A DNA stretch of 64,000 nt from Candidatus Caccoplasma merdavium (GCA_018715595.1 DVLI01000020.1:12586-76585), one strand, 5' to 3'; positions 1-10,323 are shown, numbered from the stretch's first letter. Numbers and translations are program-made. Notes: generated from the sequence alone by a model not told the origin.

Positions 1-1221
1 TTACTGGGATATAAGAATTATGCCGAATATGTACTCGAACACCGCATGGCACAAAACAGCGAACGGGTCTACACGCTACTGAACCAATTGCTCGACGCCT
101 ACAAACCCGTGGCCGAAAAAGAGATAAGACAGTTGCAAGCCTTTGCCGAGAAGAAAGAGGGACACCCCGTGGAACTGATGCCATGGGACTACTCCTACTA
201 CTCAACCCAGCAAAAAAACGAGCTGTATGACCTCAACGATGAAATGTTGAAACCCTACTTCGAGTTGGAACAGGTGAAAAAAGGGGTCTTCGGACTGGCT
301 ACCCGCCTCTATGGACTCACCTTCAAGAAAACCACCGAGATACCGGTTTACCACAAAGAAGTGGAGACCTTCGAAGTATATGACGAAAACAATAATTATC
401 TGGGACTTCTCTACACCGATTTCTATCCGCGCCCAACAAAGCAGGGCGGCGCATGGATGACTTCGTTCAAAGACCAGTGGATCACGCGCGACGGCACCAA
501 CAGCCGTCCCCACATCTCGCTGGTGATGAACTTCACACGCCCCACGGCATCGGCCCCGGCATTGCTCACCTACGACGAAGTCGAGACTTTCCTGCACGAG
601 TTCGGCCATGCCCTGCACGGCTTGATGACCAACGTGCAATATGAATCGCTCTCTGGCACCAACGTCTATCGCGATTTTGTGGAACTCCCCTCGCAACTGA
701 TGGAGAACTGGTTGCCCCGACAAGAATTCCTCGCCACCTTTGCCCATCACTACCTCACGGGTGAGGTGCTGCCCGACAGCCTGACTCAAAAAATACGCGA
801 CACACAACGCTACCACGTCGCATACCAATGCGTGCGCCAACTCACCTACGGCCTGCTCGACATGGCTTGGCACACCACCGATGCCCGTGTCGACGACATT
901 ACAGCCTTCGAGCGCAACGCCACGGCGTCGACGCAACTGCTCCCGGCTATCGACGGCACGCTTTTCAGTGCCCAATTCTCGCACATTTTTGGAGGCGGAT
1001 ATGCGGCCGGATATTATGGATATAAATGGGCCGAGGTCTTAGATGCCGATGCCTTCTCGCTTTTCCAGGAGAAAGGAATTTTCGACCGCGAAACAGCCGC
1101 CTCGTTCCGCAAAAACATTCTCGAAAAGGGGGATACCGAAGACCCGATGTCGCTCTATGTGCGGTTCAGAGGCCGCGAACCTCAAATCGACGCCCTGATG
1201 CAACGCGACGGCATCAAATAA
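1..1221 (+). CDS. dcp: M3 family peptidyl-dipeptidase Dcp (5' part lies outside the window)
   Basis: Frame is open from base 1; HEFGH zinc motif, DFVELPSQ and YAAGYYGYKWAE M3 motifs. Confidence 0.93.
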   Translation, partial: LLGYKNYAEYVLEHRMAQNSERVYTLLNQLLDAYKPVAEKEIRQLQAFAEKKEGHPVELMPWDYSYYSTQQKNELYDLNDEMLKPYFELEQVKKGVFGLATRLYGLTFKKTTEIPVYHKEVETFEVYDENNNYLGLLYTDFYPRPTKQGGAWMTSFKDQWITRDGTNSRPHISLVMNFTRPTASAPALLTYDEVETFLHEFGHALHGLMTNVQYESLSGTNVYRDFVELPSQLMENWLPRQEFLATFAHHYLTGEVLPDSLTQKIRDTQRYHVAYQCVRQLTYGLLDMAWHTTDARVDDITAFERNATASTQLLPAIDGTLFSAQFSHIFGGGYAAGYYGYKWAEVLDADAFSLFQEKGIFDRETAASFRKNILEKGDTEDPMSLYVRFRGREPQIDALMQRDGIK

Positions 1222-1250
1222 CATCAACATCGTCCCTCTTTCTCATGAAT

Positions 1251-1285
1251 AAACGGCCTTGACTCTTGGTGACAAGGCCGTTTTT
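1251..1285 (+). terminator. Rho-independent terminator after dcp
   Basis: AAACGGCCTTG/CAAGGCCGTTT stem followed by T run. Confidence 0.7.
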
Positions 1286-1298
1286 CATGACCAAAAGT

Positions 1299-1329
1299 TT
1301 TGTCGGTTCTGCCGGTCCACCTATCTTTG
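1299..1329 (+). promoter_or_regulatory. Bacteroidetes primary-sigma promoter for the GT2 gene
   Basis: TTTG-N19-TATCTTTG about 20 nt upstream of the ATG at 1350. Confidence 0.7.
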
Positions 1330-1349
1330 TCCGACCAAAATCACCTTTC

Positions 1350-2156
1350 ATGAAAATTTCCATCATCACCATTAATTACAATAATGGAGAGGGGTTGGAA
1401 CGCACCATACAAAGCGTCATCAACCAAGACAATAGCCTCTCTATCGAACACCTTGTCATAGACGGAGGCAGCATCGACAACAGCCGGGAGATTATCGACA
1501 AATACCAAACCCACATCGCCTACCAATGCTCCGAAAAAGACCGTGGCATATATCATGCCATGAACAAGGGTATCGCCCATGCCACGGGCGAATATCTGCT
1601 TTTTCTGAACTCGGGCGATTTTCTGGAACCCGATTCCATTGTCAAAGTCGGCAATCAACTTTCGGGAGAAGATATTGTATATGGAGACCTCTATTTCCAA
1701 GACTTAAAAGGGAATCGCACCCCTATGCTCTATCCCGAGAAACCGACTACGGAATATCTCTTTGAAAAGTCTTTGGGGCACCCCGCCACATTTTTCCGTC
1801 GGAACCTGTTTGAAAAATATGCGTATAACGAATCTTTGAAAATTGTCTCCGACTGGGAATTCTTATTCCGGAAAATCGTAATGGAAAGGTGCAGTGTAAA
1901 ACACTCACCGATTTTCATCAGCACGTTTATGACCGACGGTATCAGCTGCACCATGAGCGAATTGTGCCAAAAAGAGAGGCAAGAAACTCTTTATCGTCTT
2001 CTCTCTCCCGCCATCACAGAAGAGTTGCGCATGCTATACGCCCTGAAAAAGAATCATGAACCGTTCTCCCTACTCGACAGTCACCCGCACACCAAACGGC
2101 GCGTACTGAAATTTATGAAATTACTCTTTGCCCTGCACCCGAAGCGCCGTCACTAA
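1350..2156 (+). CDS. Glycosyltransferase family 2 (WcaE-like)
   Basis: KISIITINYN, IDGGSID, GIYHAMNKG and FLNSGD motifs; start chosen at the ATG downstream of the promoter. Confidence 0.9.
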   Translation: MKISIITINYNNGEGLERTIQSVINQDNSLSIEHLVIDGGSIDNSREIIDKYQTHIAYQCSEKDRGIYHAMNKGIAHATGEYLLFLNSGDFLEPDSIVKVGNQLSGEDIVYGDLYFQDLKGNRTPMLYPEKPTTEYLFEKSLGHPATFFRRNLFEKYAYNESLKIVSDWEFLFRKIVMERCSVKHSPIFISTFMTDGISCTMSELCQKERQETLYRLLSPAITEELRMLYALKKNHEPFSLLDSHPHTKRRVLKFMKLLFALHPKRRH

Positions 2157-2182
2157 GCAGATGGGGGCTAGGCAATAAAAAT

Positions 2183-2214
2183 AAAAGGCAAGGCTTGTGT
2201 AAGCCTTGCCTTTT
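2183..2214. terminator. Bidirectional terminator between GT2 and rubrerythrin
   Basis: AAAAGGCAAGGCTT-GTGT-AAGCCTTGCCTTTT perfect inverted repeat between convergent genes. Confidence 0.85.
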
Positions 2215-2239
2215 GTCGATTTCATAATCGAGGTTCAGG

Positions 2240-2794
2240 TTATTTCTTGAAGTAACGGTTGTAGAGACCTTCGAAACCTTTACCGTGACGGGCCTCGTCC
2301 TTGGCCATTTCGTGAACGGTATCGTGAATGGCATCGTAACCGAGTTCTTTGGCACGTTTGGCAATGCGCATCTTGTCGGCACAAGCACCACATTCGGCAT
2401 CTTTACGGGCTTCGAGGTTTTTCTTGGTATCCCAAACTACTTCACCGAGAAGTTCGGCAAATTTCGAGGCGTGTTCGGCTTCTTCCCAAGCATAGCGTTT
2501 GAAAGCTTCTGCAATTTCGGGATAGCCTTCGCGGTCGGCCTGACGGCTCATGGCCAGGTACATGCCGACTTCGGTGCATTCGCCCATGAAGTGAGCTTTG
2601 AGACCTTCCATGACTTCGGCGTCTTCTACAACACCGTCGCCGATATGATGTTCGGTGATGAATTGGAGAGCTTCACCGTTCTCTACGACTTCTTTGAATT
2701 TCGATGCAGGCACACCGCATTGGGGACAACGCTCGGGAGCTTGATCGCCTTCATGTACATAACCACATACGGTGCAGATAAATTTCTTTTTCAT
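2240..2794 (-). CDS. rbr: Reverse rubrerythrin (NADH peroxidase type)
   Basis: N-terminal CTVCG...CPQC rubredoxin domain followed by ferritin-like EEAEH and DEARH diiron motifs. Confidence 0.92.
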   Translation of the reverse strand: MKKKFICTVCGYVHEGDQAPERCPQCGVPASKFKEVVENGEALQFITEHHIGDGVVEDAEVMEGLKAHFMGECTEVGMYLAMSRQADREGYPEIAEAFKRYAWEEAEHASKFAELLGEVVWDTKKNLEARKDAECGACADKMRIAKRAKELGYDAIHDTVHEMAKDEARHGKGFEGLYNRYFKK

Positions 2795-2828
2795 AATTGT
2801 TTGGATTTTGGGGTTTAATAATAGGTGT

Positions 2829-3242
2829 TTATTCTTTATCGTTTTGTGAACATTTCTTACAGATACCCCGATAGTAGAGGTGCGTCTCGGTAACGACAAA
2901 ATCGGCAGCGACCGTAGGCGACATGGGCGGGACCGGCACATCATATATCATTCCGCAAACATTGCAGCGAAAATGGGCGTGCGGCGTCGTGTCGGCATCG
3001 TAATGCGCCTGCTTGTCGTCAATGGACAACTGCTGCACGGCCCCCTGCTCCACCAAGAGTTTCAAGGTGTTGTAGACCGTCATGCGCGACAGCGTGGGTA
3101 TCTTCTCGCTCAACTCCGAATAGATGCCATCGGCCGTGGGGTGCGTGCGGTGCTGCATGAGGTAGTCCATGATGGCTACCCGTTGCACCGAGGGTTTTAT
3201 GCGATGCGCCAGCAAATGGTTGTATCCGTCGTAAGCAAACAT
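2829..3242 (-). CDS. Fur family regulator, PerR-like
   Basis: [23 protein letters not shown] and C-terminal CxxC motifs; directly upstream of rbr. Confidence 0.9.
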   Translation of the reverse strand: MFAYDGYNHLLAHRIKPSVQRVAIMDYLMQHRTHPTADGIYSELSEKIPTLSRMTVYNTLKLLVEQGAVQQLSIDDKQAHYDADTTPHAHFRCNVCGMIYDVPVPPMSPTVAADFVVTETHLYYRGICKKCSQNDKE

Positions 3243-3270
3243 TATAATAAGTACATTTTTTTATTCGACA

Positions 3271-3302
3271 CAAAATTAGATATAAAATAAATTCCGGGCA
3301 AA
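3271..3302 (-). promoter_or_regulatory. Promoter for the perR-rbr operon
   Basis: Minus-strand TTTG-N20-TAATTTTG. Confidence 0.7.
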
Positions 3303-3404
3303 TGTTTTTCGTAAAAAAAACTTAAAAGCAGCGAGGAATTTACACTCATATCCAATAATAAGGGTTTTTCACATTTCATTATACTTGGATTGCGATAATT
3401 GTCG

Positions 3405-3412
3405 TACTTTTG
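3405..3412 (+). promoter_or_regulatory. -7 promoter element for the dCMP deaminase run
   Basis: TACTTTTG about 28 nt upstream of the ATG at 3440. Confidence 0.6.
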
Positions 3413-3439
3413 TATTCATTTGAAAACGACACAGGTAAT

Positions 3440-3874
3440 ATGTCATCAGAAACACAAGACAAGCAAGCGGCTCTTGATGGCCGATACATTCGCATGGCGA
3501 AAATATGGGCCGAAAATTCTTATTGCAAACGCCGTCAGGTAGGTGCCCTACTGGTGAAAAACAACACCATCATTTCCGACGGATATAACGGTACCCCGGC
3601 CGGATTCAAAAATGTATGTGAAGACGAAGACGGGCACACGCTCCCCTATGTCCTGCATGCCGAAGCCAATGCCATTACCAAAATCGCCCGCTCGGGAAAC
3701 AGCAGCGAAGGTGCCACCTTGTATGTAACGACATCGCCGTGTATCGAATGCTCGAAACTCATTATCCAGGCCGGCATCGCCCGCGTGGTTTTCTCGGAAT
3801 ACTACCGGTTGAGCGACGGTATCGATTTACTACGGGAAGCCGGCATCAAGGTCGATTTCGTCGAAGTCAAATAA
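3440..3874 (+). CDS. dCMP deaminase (ComEB-like)
   Basis: SYCKRRQVGA, GYNGTP, HAEANAI and PCxxC zinc motifs. Confidence 0.92.
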   Translation: MSSETQDKQAALDGRYIRMAKIWAENSYCKRRQVGALLVKNNTIISDGYNGTPAGFKNVCEDEDGHTLPYVLHAEANAITKIARSGNSSEGATLYVTTSPCIECSKLIIQAGIARVVFSEYYRLSDGIDLLREAGIKVDFVEVK

Positions 3875-3912
3875 TTCCCAACATCTTATAACAAAATCAC
3901 AGTCAGCGCATA

Positions 3913-5538
3913 ATGAAAAAGAAATCCATTGTCTGGTTACCCTTCATCATAGCCTTTGCCATCATCATCGGCATTATCATCGGATACCGCTATCCTCAAC
4001 ATCATATTGTGAAACCGGCCGCCGGGTCTTCCGGCAACAAAATCAACAACCTCTTGGGTATCATCGAGTCGCAATATGTCGACACCGTCAACATGAAAGA
4101 CCTCATCGAAGATGTCATGCCCCAAATCGTAGGGGAACTCGACCCCCACTCGGCCTACATTCCGGCCGAAGACCTGCAAGCCGTAAACGAAGAGTTGGAA
4201 GGCAGTTTCAGCGGCATCGGCATACAGTTCAGTATCCTGAACGACACCATCACCGTGGTTGCCGTAGTCCCCGGAGGACCGTCGGAAAAGATTGGTCTGA
4301 TGCCCGGTGACCGTATCGTGGAAGTCGACGATACCGCATTCGTGGGCAAAGAGGTTATATCGAACGACAAAGTATTGAAGAAACTTCGCGGACCCAAAGG
4401 CTCCAAAGTAAAACTGGGAGTCTTGCGCACCACCGCTCCCGAGATGCTCACCTATGAAGTGACCCGCAACGACATTCCCGTCAACAGCGTCGACGTTGCC
4501 TTTATGGTGAATGATGAAATCGGTTACATCAAAATCAACAAATTCGGCCGTACGACCTACTCCGAATTCATGAACGGCCTCGCCAAACTGAAAAACGACA
4601 ATGCGCAAAAATATATCGTCGACCTGCGCGGCAATTCGGGCGGGATACTCGACATCGCCATCAACATGATCAATGAATTCCTGCCCAAAGGGCAACTCAT
4701 TGTCTACACCGAGGGCAAGGCATTCCCGCGCAGCGAGGCCATATCGAACGGCAGCGGAGCATTCAAAGAGGCGCAAATCGTCGTCCTCATCGACGAATGG
4801 TCGGCATCGGCCAGTGAAATCTTTGCAGGAGCCATACAAGACAATGACCGAGGTATCATCATCGGGCGCCGCTCTTTCGGGAAAGGATTGGTACAGAACC
4901 AACTGCCGTTTGCCGACGGGTCGGCCATACGCCTCACGATAGCCCGCTACTACACTCCGTCGGGGCGCTCCATTCAGAAGGAATATGAGCTGGGCCACGG
5001 CGACGACTACGAAAAAGACATTCTGAACCGCTTCATGCACGGCGAATTTGACCACCCCGACAGCATCAAACAAAACGACACCTTGATGTATAAGACCCGG
5101 TTGGGACGCACGGTATATGGAGGAGGCGGCATCATGCCCGACATCTTCGTACCCCGCGACACCATCGGGGTGACCCCCTACCTCAACGAAGTTGTCAATA
5201 AAGGGCTCCTCTACCAGTTTGCCTTCAAATATGCCGACGAAAAACGCGAACTCCTCTCCCAATACAAGGACTACAAGAGTTTGCAACAATTCTTGCGCAG
5301 ACAACCCTTGCTCCAAGAGTTCACGGCATTTGCGGCTTCTCATGAGGTAAAACGCAAGCCGAAAGAAATCAAGGAGTCGGCCGTGCTGCTCAACAACTAC
5401 ATCGAAAGCTACATTGCCCGCAACATCATCGGCGACAATGCTTTCTACCCGATATTCCTACAAGAAGACAAGACATTCCAAAAAGCCCTTGACGTGCTGA
5501 ATGCCAACCAAGGTTTTCCACAGGCCCCCGACAAATAG
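3913..5538 (+). CDS. S41 family C-terminal processing protease
   Basis: N-terminal membrane anchor, PDZ domain (GIG), DLRGNSGG, SASASE and FGKG motifs. Confidence 0.93.
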   Translation: MKKKSIVWLPFIIAFAIIIGIIIGYRYPQHHIVKPAAGSSGNKINNLLGIIESQYVDTVNMKDLIEDVMPQIVGELDPHSAYIPAEDLQAVNEELEGSFSGIGIQFSILNDTITVVAVVPGGPSEKIGLMPGDRIVEVDDTAFVGKEVISNDKVLKKLRGPKGSKVKLGVLRTTAPEMLTYEVTRNDIPVNSVDVAFMVNDEIGYIKINKFGRTTYSEFMNGLAKLKNDNAQKYIVDLRGNSGGILDIAINMINEFLPKGQLIVYTEGKAFPRSEAISNGSGAFKEAQIVVLIDEWSASASEIFAGAIQDNDRGIIIGRRSFGKGLVQNQLPFADGSAIRLTIARYYTPSGRSIQKEYELGHGDDYEKDILNRFMHGEFDHPDSIKQNDTLMYKTRLGRTVYGGGGIMPDIFVPRDTIGVTPYLNEVVNKGLLYQFAFKYADEKRELLSQYKDYKSLQQFLRRQPLLQEFTAFAASHEVKRKPKEIKESAVLLNNYIESYIARNIIGDNAFYPIFLQEDKTFQKALDVLNANQGFPQAPDK

Positions 5539-5544
5539 AGACGT

Positions 5545-6135
5545 ATGAAAGAAAAAGATATTCTGCGGAAACAGATTAAAAAGGCCGTGGCCCAGCTCTC
5601 GCCCGAAGAGAAGAAGGCGGCTGCCGTGGCCCTGAAAAAACGCATCGAAACGTCGTCGTTTTTTGTCGAAGCCCGCACCATTCTACTCTTTCACTCCCTA
5701 CCCGATGAAGTGTGTACCCACGAATGGATTGCCGACTGGCATTCTCGAAAAAAAATTTTGCTTCCGGTCGTAAAAGGCGATACTCTTGTCGTGCGCCCTT
5801 ATGCCCCCGACAAGATGTCTACGGGCAGTTATGGAATTGCCGAACCTGCGGGAGAAGATGTGACCGACTATTCTGACATCGATTTGGTAATTGTGCCGGG
5901 AGTCGGGTTCGACCCGCACGGCAATCGACTGGGTCGTGGCAAAGGATTCTATGACCGGCTGCTCAAAAAAATTTCCGCACCGTTGACGGGCGTAGCCTAT
6001 GACTGCCAAATCGTCGCCGAGATACCCTCTCTCCCCCACGATGTCGCCATGTCGTGGGTCGTAACCCCCAATCATCTATATCAGCTTTCCCGAGACACAA
6101 GAAAATCGCTTCGGATATGCACAAATAGAAAATAA
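5545..6135 (+). CDS. 5-formyltetrahydrofolate cyclo-ligase
   Basis: YGIAEP, VIVPGVGFD and RLGRGKGFYDR motifs. Confidence 0.92.
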   Translation: MKEKDILRKQIKKAVAQLSPEEKKAAAVALKKRIETSSFFVEARTILLFHSLPDEVCTHEWIADWHSRKKILLPVVKGDTLVVRPYAPDKMSTGSYGIAEPAGEDVTDYSDIDLVIVPGVGFDPHGNRLGRGKGFYDRLLKKISAPLTGVAYDCQIVAEIPSLPHDVAMSWVVTPNHLYQLSRDTRKSLRICTNRK

Positions 6136-6140
6136 AAAAC

Positions 6141-6148
6141 TACCTTTG
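6141..6148 (+). promoter_or_regulatory. -7 promoter element for the vor operon
   Basis: TACCTTTG 25 nt upstream of the ferredoxin-subunit ATG. Confidence 0.6.
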
Positions 6149-6172
6149 TATAAAACTTACAAATCCTAAGCT

Positions 6173-6400
6173 ATGGCAAAAGTAAAAGGTACCGTCGTCG
6201 TCAATAACGAACGCTGCAAAGGTTGCAATCTGTGCGTGGTGGCCTGTCCGGCCGACGTATTGGCTCTGCAACCCAAAGAGGTGAATGATAAAGGTTATCA
6301 CTACGCCTATATGAAAAACCCCGACAACTGCATCGGTTGTGCCAGTTGCGGATATGTATGCCCCGACGGCTGCATATCGGTATATAAAGTCAAATTGTAA
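6173..6400 (+). CDS. 2x[4Fe-4S] ferredoxin (delta) subunit of a 2-oxoacid oxidoreductase
   Basis: Two CxxCxxCxxxCP motifs; first gene of the Vor-like operon. Confidence 0.9.
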   Translation: MAKVKGTVVVNNERCKGCNLCVVACPADVLALQPKEVNDKGYHYAYMKNPDNCIGCASCGYVCPDGCISVYKVKL

Positions 6401-6414
6401 AAACTCTCACAAAT

Positions 6415-7494
6415 ATGGCAGAAGAAGTAAAACTGATGAAGGGCAATGAAGCTATTGCACATGCTGCAATACGCTATGGAGCCGATGGATATTTCGGTTA
6501 TCCCATCACCCCGCAATCGGAAATCATGGAAACGCTCATGGAAGAAAAACCATGGGAAACGACCGGAATGGTGGTGCTGCAAGCCGAGAGCGAAGTTGCC
6601 GCCATCAATATGGTTTATGGAGGTGCCGGCTGCGGAAAAGCCGTCATGACCTCATCGTCGAGCCCCGGCGTGAGCCTCAAACAAGAAGGCATCTCCTATA
6701 TGGCAGGAGCCGAACTGCCCTGCCTCATCATCAACGTCATGCGCGGAGGTCCCGGTCTGGGCACCATTCAACCGAGCCAAGCCGACTATTTCCAAACCGT
6801 TAAAGGCGGCGGGCACGGAGATTATCGCCTGATAACCTTGGCCCCGGCTTCGGTGCAGGAGATGGCCGACTTTGTGAAATTGGGATTCGACTTGGCCTTC
6901 AAATACCGTAACCCGGCCATCATCTTGGCCGACGGCGTCATCGGACAGATGATGGAAAAAGTCGTTTTGCCGCCGTTCCAACCGCGCCTCACCGAAGCAG
7001 AGATACGCGAAGCCCGTCCTTGGGCCACCCAAGGGAAACCGGCCGGACGCAAACGCAACGTCATCACATCGCTCGAACTCGACCCGGCCCGCATGGAAGA
7101 GAACAACCTGCGTTTCCAAGCCAAATACCGCGAAATCGAGAAAAACGAAGTACGTTACGAAGAAATCGACTGTGATAATGCCGACTACCTGATGATCGCT
7201 TTCGGCTCTATGGCCCGCATCTGCCAGAAGACGCAGGAGATGGCCGCCGCCGAAGGCATCAAACTCGGGCTGCTGCGCCCCATCACCCTTTGGCCCTTCC
7301 CCGCCGATGCCATATCGAAATATGCCGATAAAGTAAAAGGCATATTGGTTCCTGAACTCAATGCCGGGCAAATGATAGAAGATGTGCGCCTGGCCGTAAA
7401 CGGACGGGTAAAAGTCGAGCACTTCGGCCGTTTGGGCGGCATAGTTCCCACCCCCGACGAAGTTCTCAATGCCGTCAAAGAGAAACTCATGTAA
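6415..7494 (+). CDS. vorB: 3-methyl-2-oxobutanoate (2-oxoisovalerate) oxidoreductase subunit VorB (alpha type)
   Basis: GNEAIA, GYPITPQSE, QAESEVAA and RGGPGLG motifs. Confidence 0.88.
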   Translation: MAEEVKLMKGNEAIAHAAIRYGADGYFGYPITPQSEIMETLMEEKPWETTGMVVLQAESEVAAINMVYGGAGCGKAVMTSSSSPGVSLKQEGISYMAGAELPCLIINVMRGGPGLGTIQPSQADYFQTVKGGGHGDYRLITLAPASVQEMADFVKLGFDLAFKYRNPAIILADGVIGQMMEKVVLPPFQPRLTEAEIREARPWATQGKPAGRKRNVITSLELDPARMEENNLRFQAKYREIEKNEVRYEEIDCDNADYLMIAFGSMARICQKTQEMAAAEGIKLGLLRPITLWPFPADAISKYADKVKGILVPELNAGQMIEDVRLAVNGRVKVEHFGRLGGIVPTPDEVLNAVKEKLM

Positions 7495-7509
7495 AAAACG
7501 CGACAAGCT

Positions 7510-8271
7510 ATGGATACAAATGATATCATAAAACCCGAAAATCTCGTTTACAGCAAGCCCCGCTTGATGAACGACAATCCCATGCACTACTGCCCGGGTT
7601 GCAGCCACGGCGTCGTTCACAAACTCGTTGCCGAGGTCATCGACGAAATGGGCATGGAAGAAAAAACCATCGGCGTCGCACCCGTAGGTTGCGCCGTATT
7701 TGCCTACAATTATATCGACATCGACTGGCAAGAAGCCGCCCACGGCCGTGCACCTGCCATCGCTACCGCCATCAAACGGCTCAATCCCGACAAAATGGTA
7801 TTTACTTACCAGGGCGACGGTGACTTGGCAGCCATCGGTACGGCCGAGACCATTCATGCGTGCAACCGTGGCGAGAACATCGTCATCATATTCATCAACA
7901 ACGGTATCTACGGCATGACGGGAGGTCAAATGGCCCCCACGACCCTCGAAGGCATGGTGACGTCGACCTGCCCCTACGGCCGCAATGTCGACCTCTATGG
8001 CTACCCGCTCAAAATATCGGACCTCGTCGCCAAACTCGATGGCGCCTGCTATGTGACCCGCCAAAGCGTACACACGGCCGCTGCCGTGAAAAAGGCCAAG
8101 AAAGCCATACGTCAGGCTTTCGAAAACTCCATGGCCAAGAAAGGCGCATCGCTCGTAGAGATCGTGTCGACCTGTGCATCGGGTTGGAAAATGTCGCCCG
8201 AAATGGCCAACAAGTGGATGGAAGAACACATGTTTGCCAAATACCCGATAGGCGATTTAAAAAATGAATAA
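7510..8271 (+). CDS. 2-oxoacid:ferredoxin oxidoreductase, TPP-binding (beta) subunit
   Basis: YCPGCSHG, GDGDLAAIG and NNGIYGMTGGQ motifs. Confidence 0.9.
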   Translation: MDTNDIIKPENLVYSKPRLMNDNPMHYCPGCSHGVVHKLVAEVIDEMGMEEKTIGVAPVGCAVFAYNYIDIDWQEAAHGRAPAIATAIKRLNPDKMVFTYQGDGDLAAIGTAETIHACNRGENIVIIFINNGIYGMTGGQMAPTTLEGMVTSTCPYGRNVDLYGYPLKISDLVAKLDGACYVTRQSVHTAAAVKKAKKAIRQAFENSMAKKGASLVEIVSTCASGWKMSPEMANKWMEEHMFAKYPIGDLKNE

Positions 8272-8289
8272 CCGTAAAACGCAACATCG

Positions 8290-8832
8290 ATGAAAGAAGA
8301 AATAATCATCGCCGGATTCGGCGGACAAGGAGTTCTCTCGATGGGTAAAATCCTGGCCTATTCGGGACTGATGGAAAACAAAGAGGTGACGTGGATGCCG
8401 TCTTACGGTCCCGAGCAACGAGGCGGGACGGCCAATGTGACCGTCATTCTGAGTGACGAGCGCATCAGTTCGCCGGTACTCAACGAGTTCGACATCGCCA
8501 TCATTCTCAACCAACCGTCGCTCGACAAATTCGAGAGCAAAGTAAAGCCCGGCGGCATACTCATATACGATGGGTATGGCATACACCATGCTCCTTCGCG
8601 CACCGACATCGACATCTATCGCATCGATGCCATGGACGCTGCCACCGAAATGAACAATGCCAAGGCTTTCAACATGATTGTCCTGGGCGGTCTGCTCAAA
8701 ATAAAGCCCATGGTTTCGCTCGACAATGTGCTCAAAGGATTGAAAAAATCGTTGCCGGAGCGACACCACAAACTTATCCCCATGAACGAACAGGCCATTC
8801 TCAAAGGAATGGAGCTGATAAAAAAAGCATAA
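8290..8832 (+). CDS. 2-oxoacid:ferredoxin oxidoreductase gamma subunit
   Basis: IAGFGGQGV and SYGPEQRGG motifs. Confidence 0.9.
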   Translation: MKEEIIIAGFGGQGVLSMGKILAYSGLMENKEVTWMPSYGPEQRGGTANVTVILSDERISSPVLNEFDIAIILNQPSLDKFESKVKPGGILIYDGYGIHHAPSRTDIDIYRIDAMDAATEMNNAKAFNMIVLGGLLKIKPMVSLDNVLKGLKKSLPERHHKLIPMNEQAILKGMELIKKA

Positions 8833-8842
8833 CCACGACGCT

Positions 8843-9529
8843 ATGAAAATAGGCATCATCGTGGCCATGACATCGGAATTGGCCTGCGTGCGCACGCTGC
8901 TCAAAGACGCCCGCGAAGAGACTCGGCACAACGCCACCTTCCTCGTCGGCAGCAACGGACAACACGAAATCATTCTCACGCAAAGCGGCATTGGCAAAGT
9001 CAATGCCGCTTTGCGGGCTCAAACCCTTATCCTCAACTACGCCCCCGACTGCATCATCAACACGGGAGTTGCCGGTGGCATCGACCCCTCAACACGCGTG
9101 TTCGATGTGGTCATCGGACAAGAAACGGTCTATCACGATGCTTGGTTTGGCGAAGGAAACGTCATCGGACAGATACAAGGTCTGCCGCCTCGCTTCCCGG
9201 CCGACAAAGAGTTACTGCAAAAAGTCGAGACGGCGGTTGCCAACGAGAGTCGCATATACAGCGGACTGATATGCAGCGGCGACCAGTTCATCACCGACAA
9301 GCGAGAACTCGAAGCCATCAAGAGAAACTTTCCCGAGGGCATGGCCGTGGATATGGAATCGGCCGCCATCGCGCAGACTTGTTACCTCTGCCATACCCCA
9401 TTCATCTCGACGCGCATCATCAGCGACACCCCGGGGGTAGAAAACCACATGGCGCAATACAACCAGTTTTGGGAGAAAGCCCCCGAGAAATCATTTACCA
9501 TATTGAAAGAGATTCTCGCCCAACTCTAA
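8843..9529 (+). CDS. mtnN: 5'-methylthioadenosine/S-adenosylhomocysteine nucleosidase
   Basis: GIIVAM, SGIGKVNAA, NTGVAG, DMESAA and RIISD motifs. Confidence 0.93.
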   Translation: MKIGIIVAMTSELACVRTLLKDAREETRHNATFLVGSNGQHEIILTQSGIGKVNAALRAQTLILNYAPDCIINTGVAGGIDPSTRVFDVVIGQETVYHDAWFGEGNVIGQIQGLPPRFPADKELLQKVETAVANESRIYSGLICSGDQFITDKRELEAIKRNFPEGMAVDMESAAIAQTCYLCHTPFISTRIISDTPGVENHMAQYNQFWEKAPEKSFTILKEILAQL

Positions 9530-9544
9530 AAACCGAAAAAACCG

Positions 9545-10045
9545 ATGAAAAAAATTCCCAGTTTCACCATTGACCACCTGCATCTGCTCAGGGGTATCTA
9601 TGTCTCCCGCAAAGACTACATCGGCGGAGATGTCGTAACGACATTCGACATACGCATGAAAGAGCCCAACCGCGAGCCGGCCATCGGTTATGGAGCCTTG
9701 CACACCATCGAACACCTGGCGGCGACCTACCTTCGCAACCACCCCGTCTATGGCAACAGAATCGTATTTTGGGGACCCATGGGCTGCTGCACCGGCAACT
9801 ATTTCCTGATGCAGGGCGATCTCGCGGCCGAAGACATCGTGGAACTGATGAAAGAGACATTCCGGTTTATCCGCGACTTCGAAGGCGAGGTACCCGGCGC
9901 GGCACCGCAGGACTGCGGCAACTACCTGCTGCACGACCTGCCGATGGCCCGCTACGAAGCCGACAAATATCTGCGCGAAGTGTTGGAGGTAATTACGCCT
10001 CAGAACCTGCACTATCCGACCCAACAAACCTCTCCACAATCATAA
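9545..10045 (+). CDS. luxS: S-ribosylhomocysteine lyase (AI-2 synthase)
   Basis: SFTIDH, HTIEH, GPMGCCTG and CGNY motifs. Confidence 0.93.
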   Translation: MKKIPSFTIDHLHLLRGIYVSRKDYIGGDVVTTFDIRMKEPNREPAIGYGALHTIEHLAATYLRNHPVYGNRIVFWGPMGCCTGNYFLMQGDLAAEDIVELMKETFRFIRDFEGEVPGAAPQDCGNYLLHDLPMARYEADKYLREVLEVITPQNLHYPTQQTSPQS

Positions 10046-10056
10046 ATAATCATATT

Positions 10057-10323
10057 ATGGCAGAAGAGAAAAACAGGAACAACGAAAAAGTGGTCATTTA
10101 CAGTTACTACAACACCCTGTCCGAAGCCTACGAAGCCAAGAACCTGTTGGAGAGAAATGGCATCGACTGCTTCATTTCCAACGAAAACATGGCGTGCGTT
10201 TATCCGATGTTCGACTCAAACCTCGGCGGTGTGCGGTTGCATCTTTTTGAAAAGGACATTGCCGCAGCAGACAGCCTTTTGGCCGATTCCGGTAAAAACG
10301 ACGACGAATCGGCTCATTCATAA
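10057..10323 (+). CDS. DUF2007-like small putative signal-transducing protein
   Basis: AKNLLERNGIDCFI...GGVRLHL pattern; start at the ATG 11 nt after luxS. Confidence 0.7.
   Translation: MAEEKNRNNEKVVIYSYYNTLSEAYEAKNLLERNGIDCFISNENMACVYPMFDSNLGGVRLHLFEKDIAAADSLLADSGKNDDESAHS

Noticed and set aside
3242-3248. PerR box half-site TTATAAT at the perR start
   Set aside because: Only a half-site in AT-rich sequence, with no matching second half
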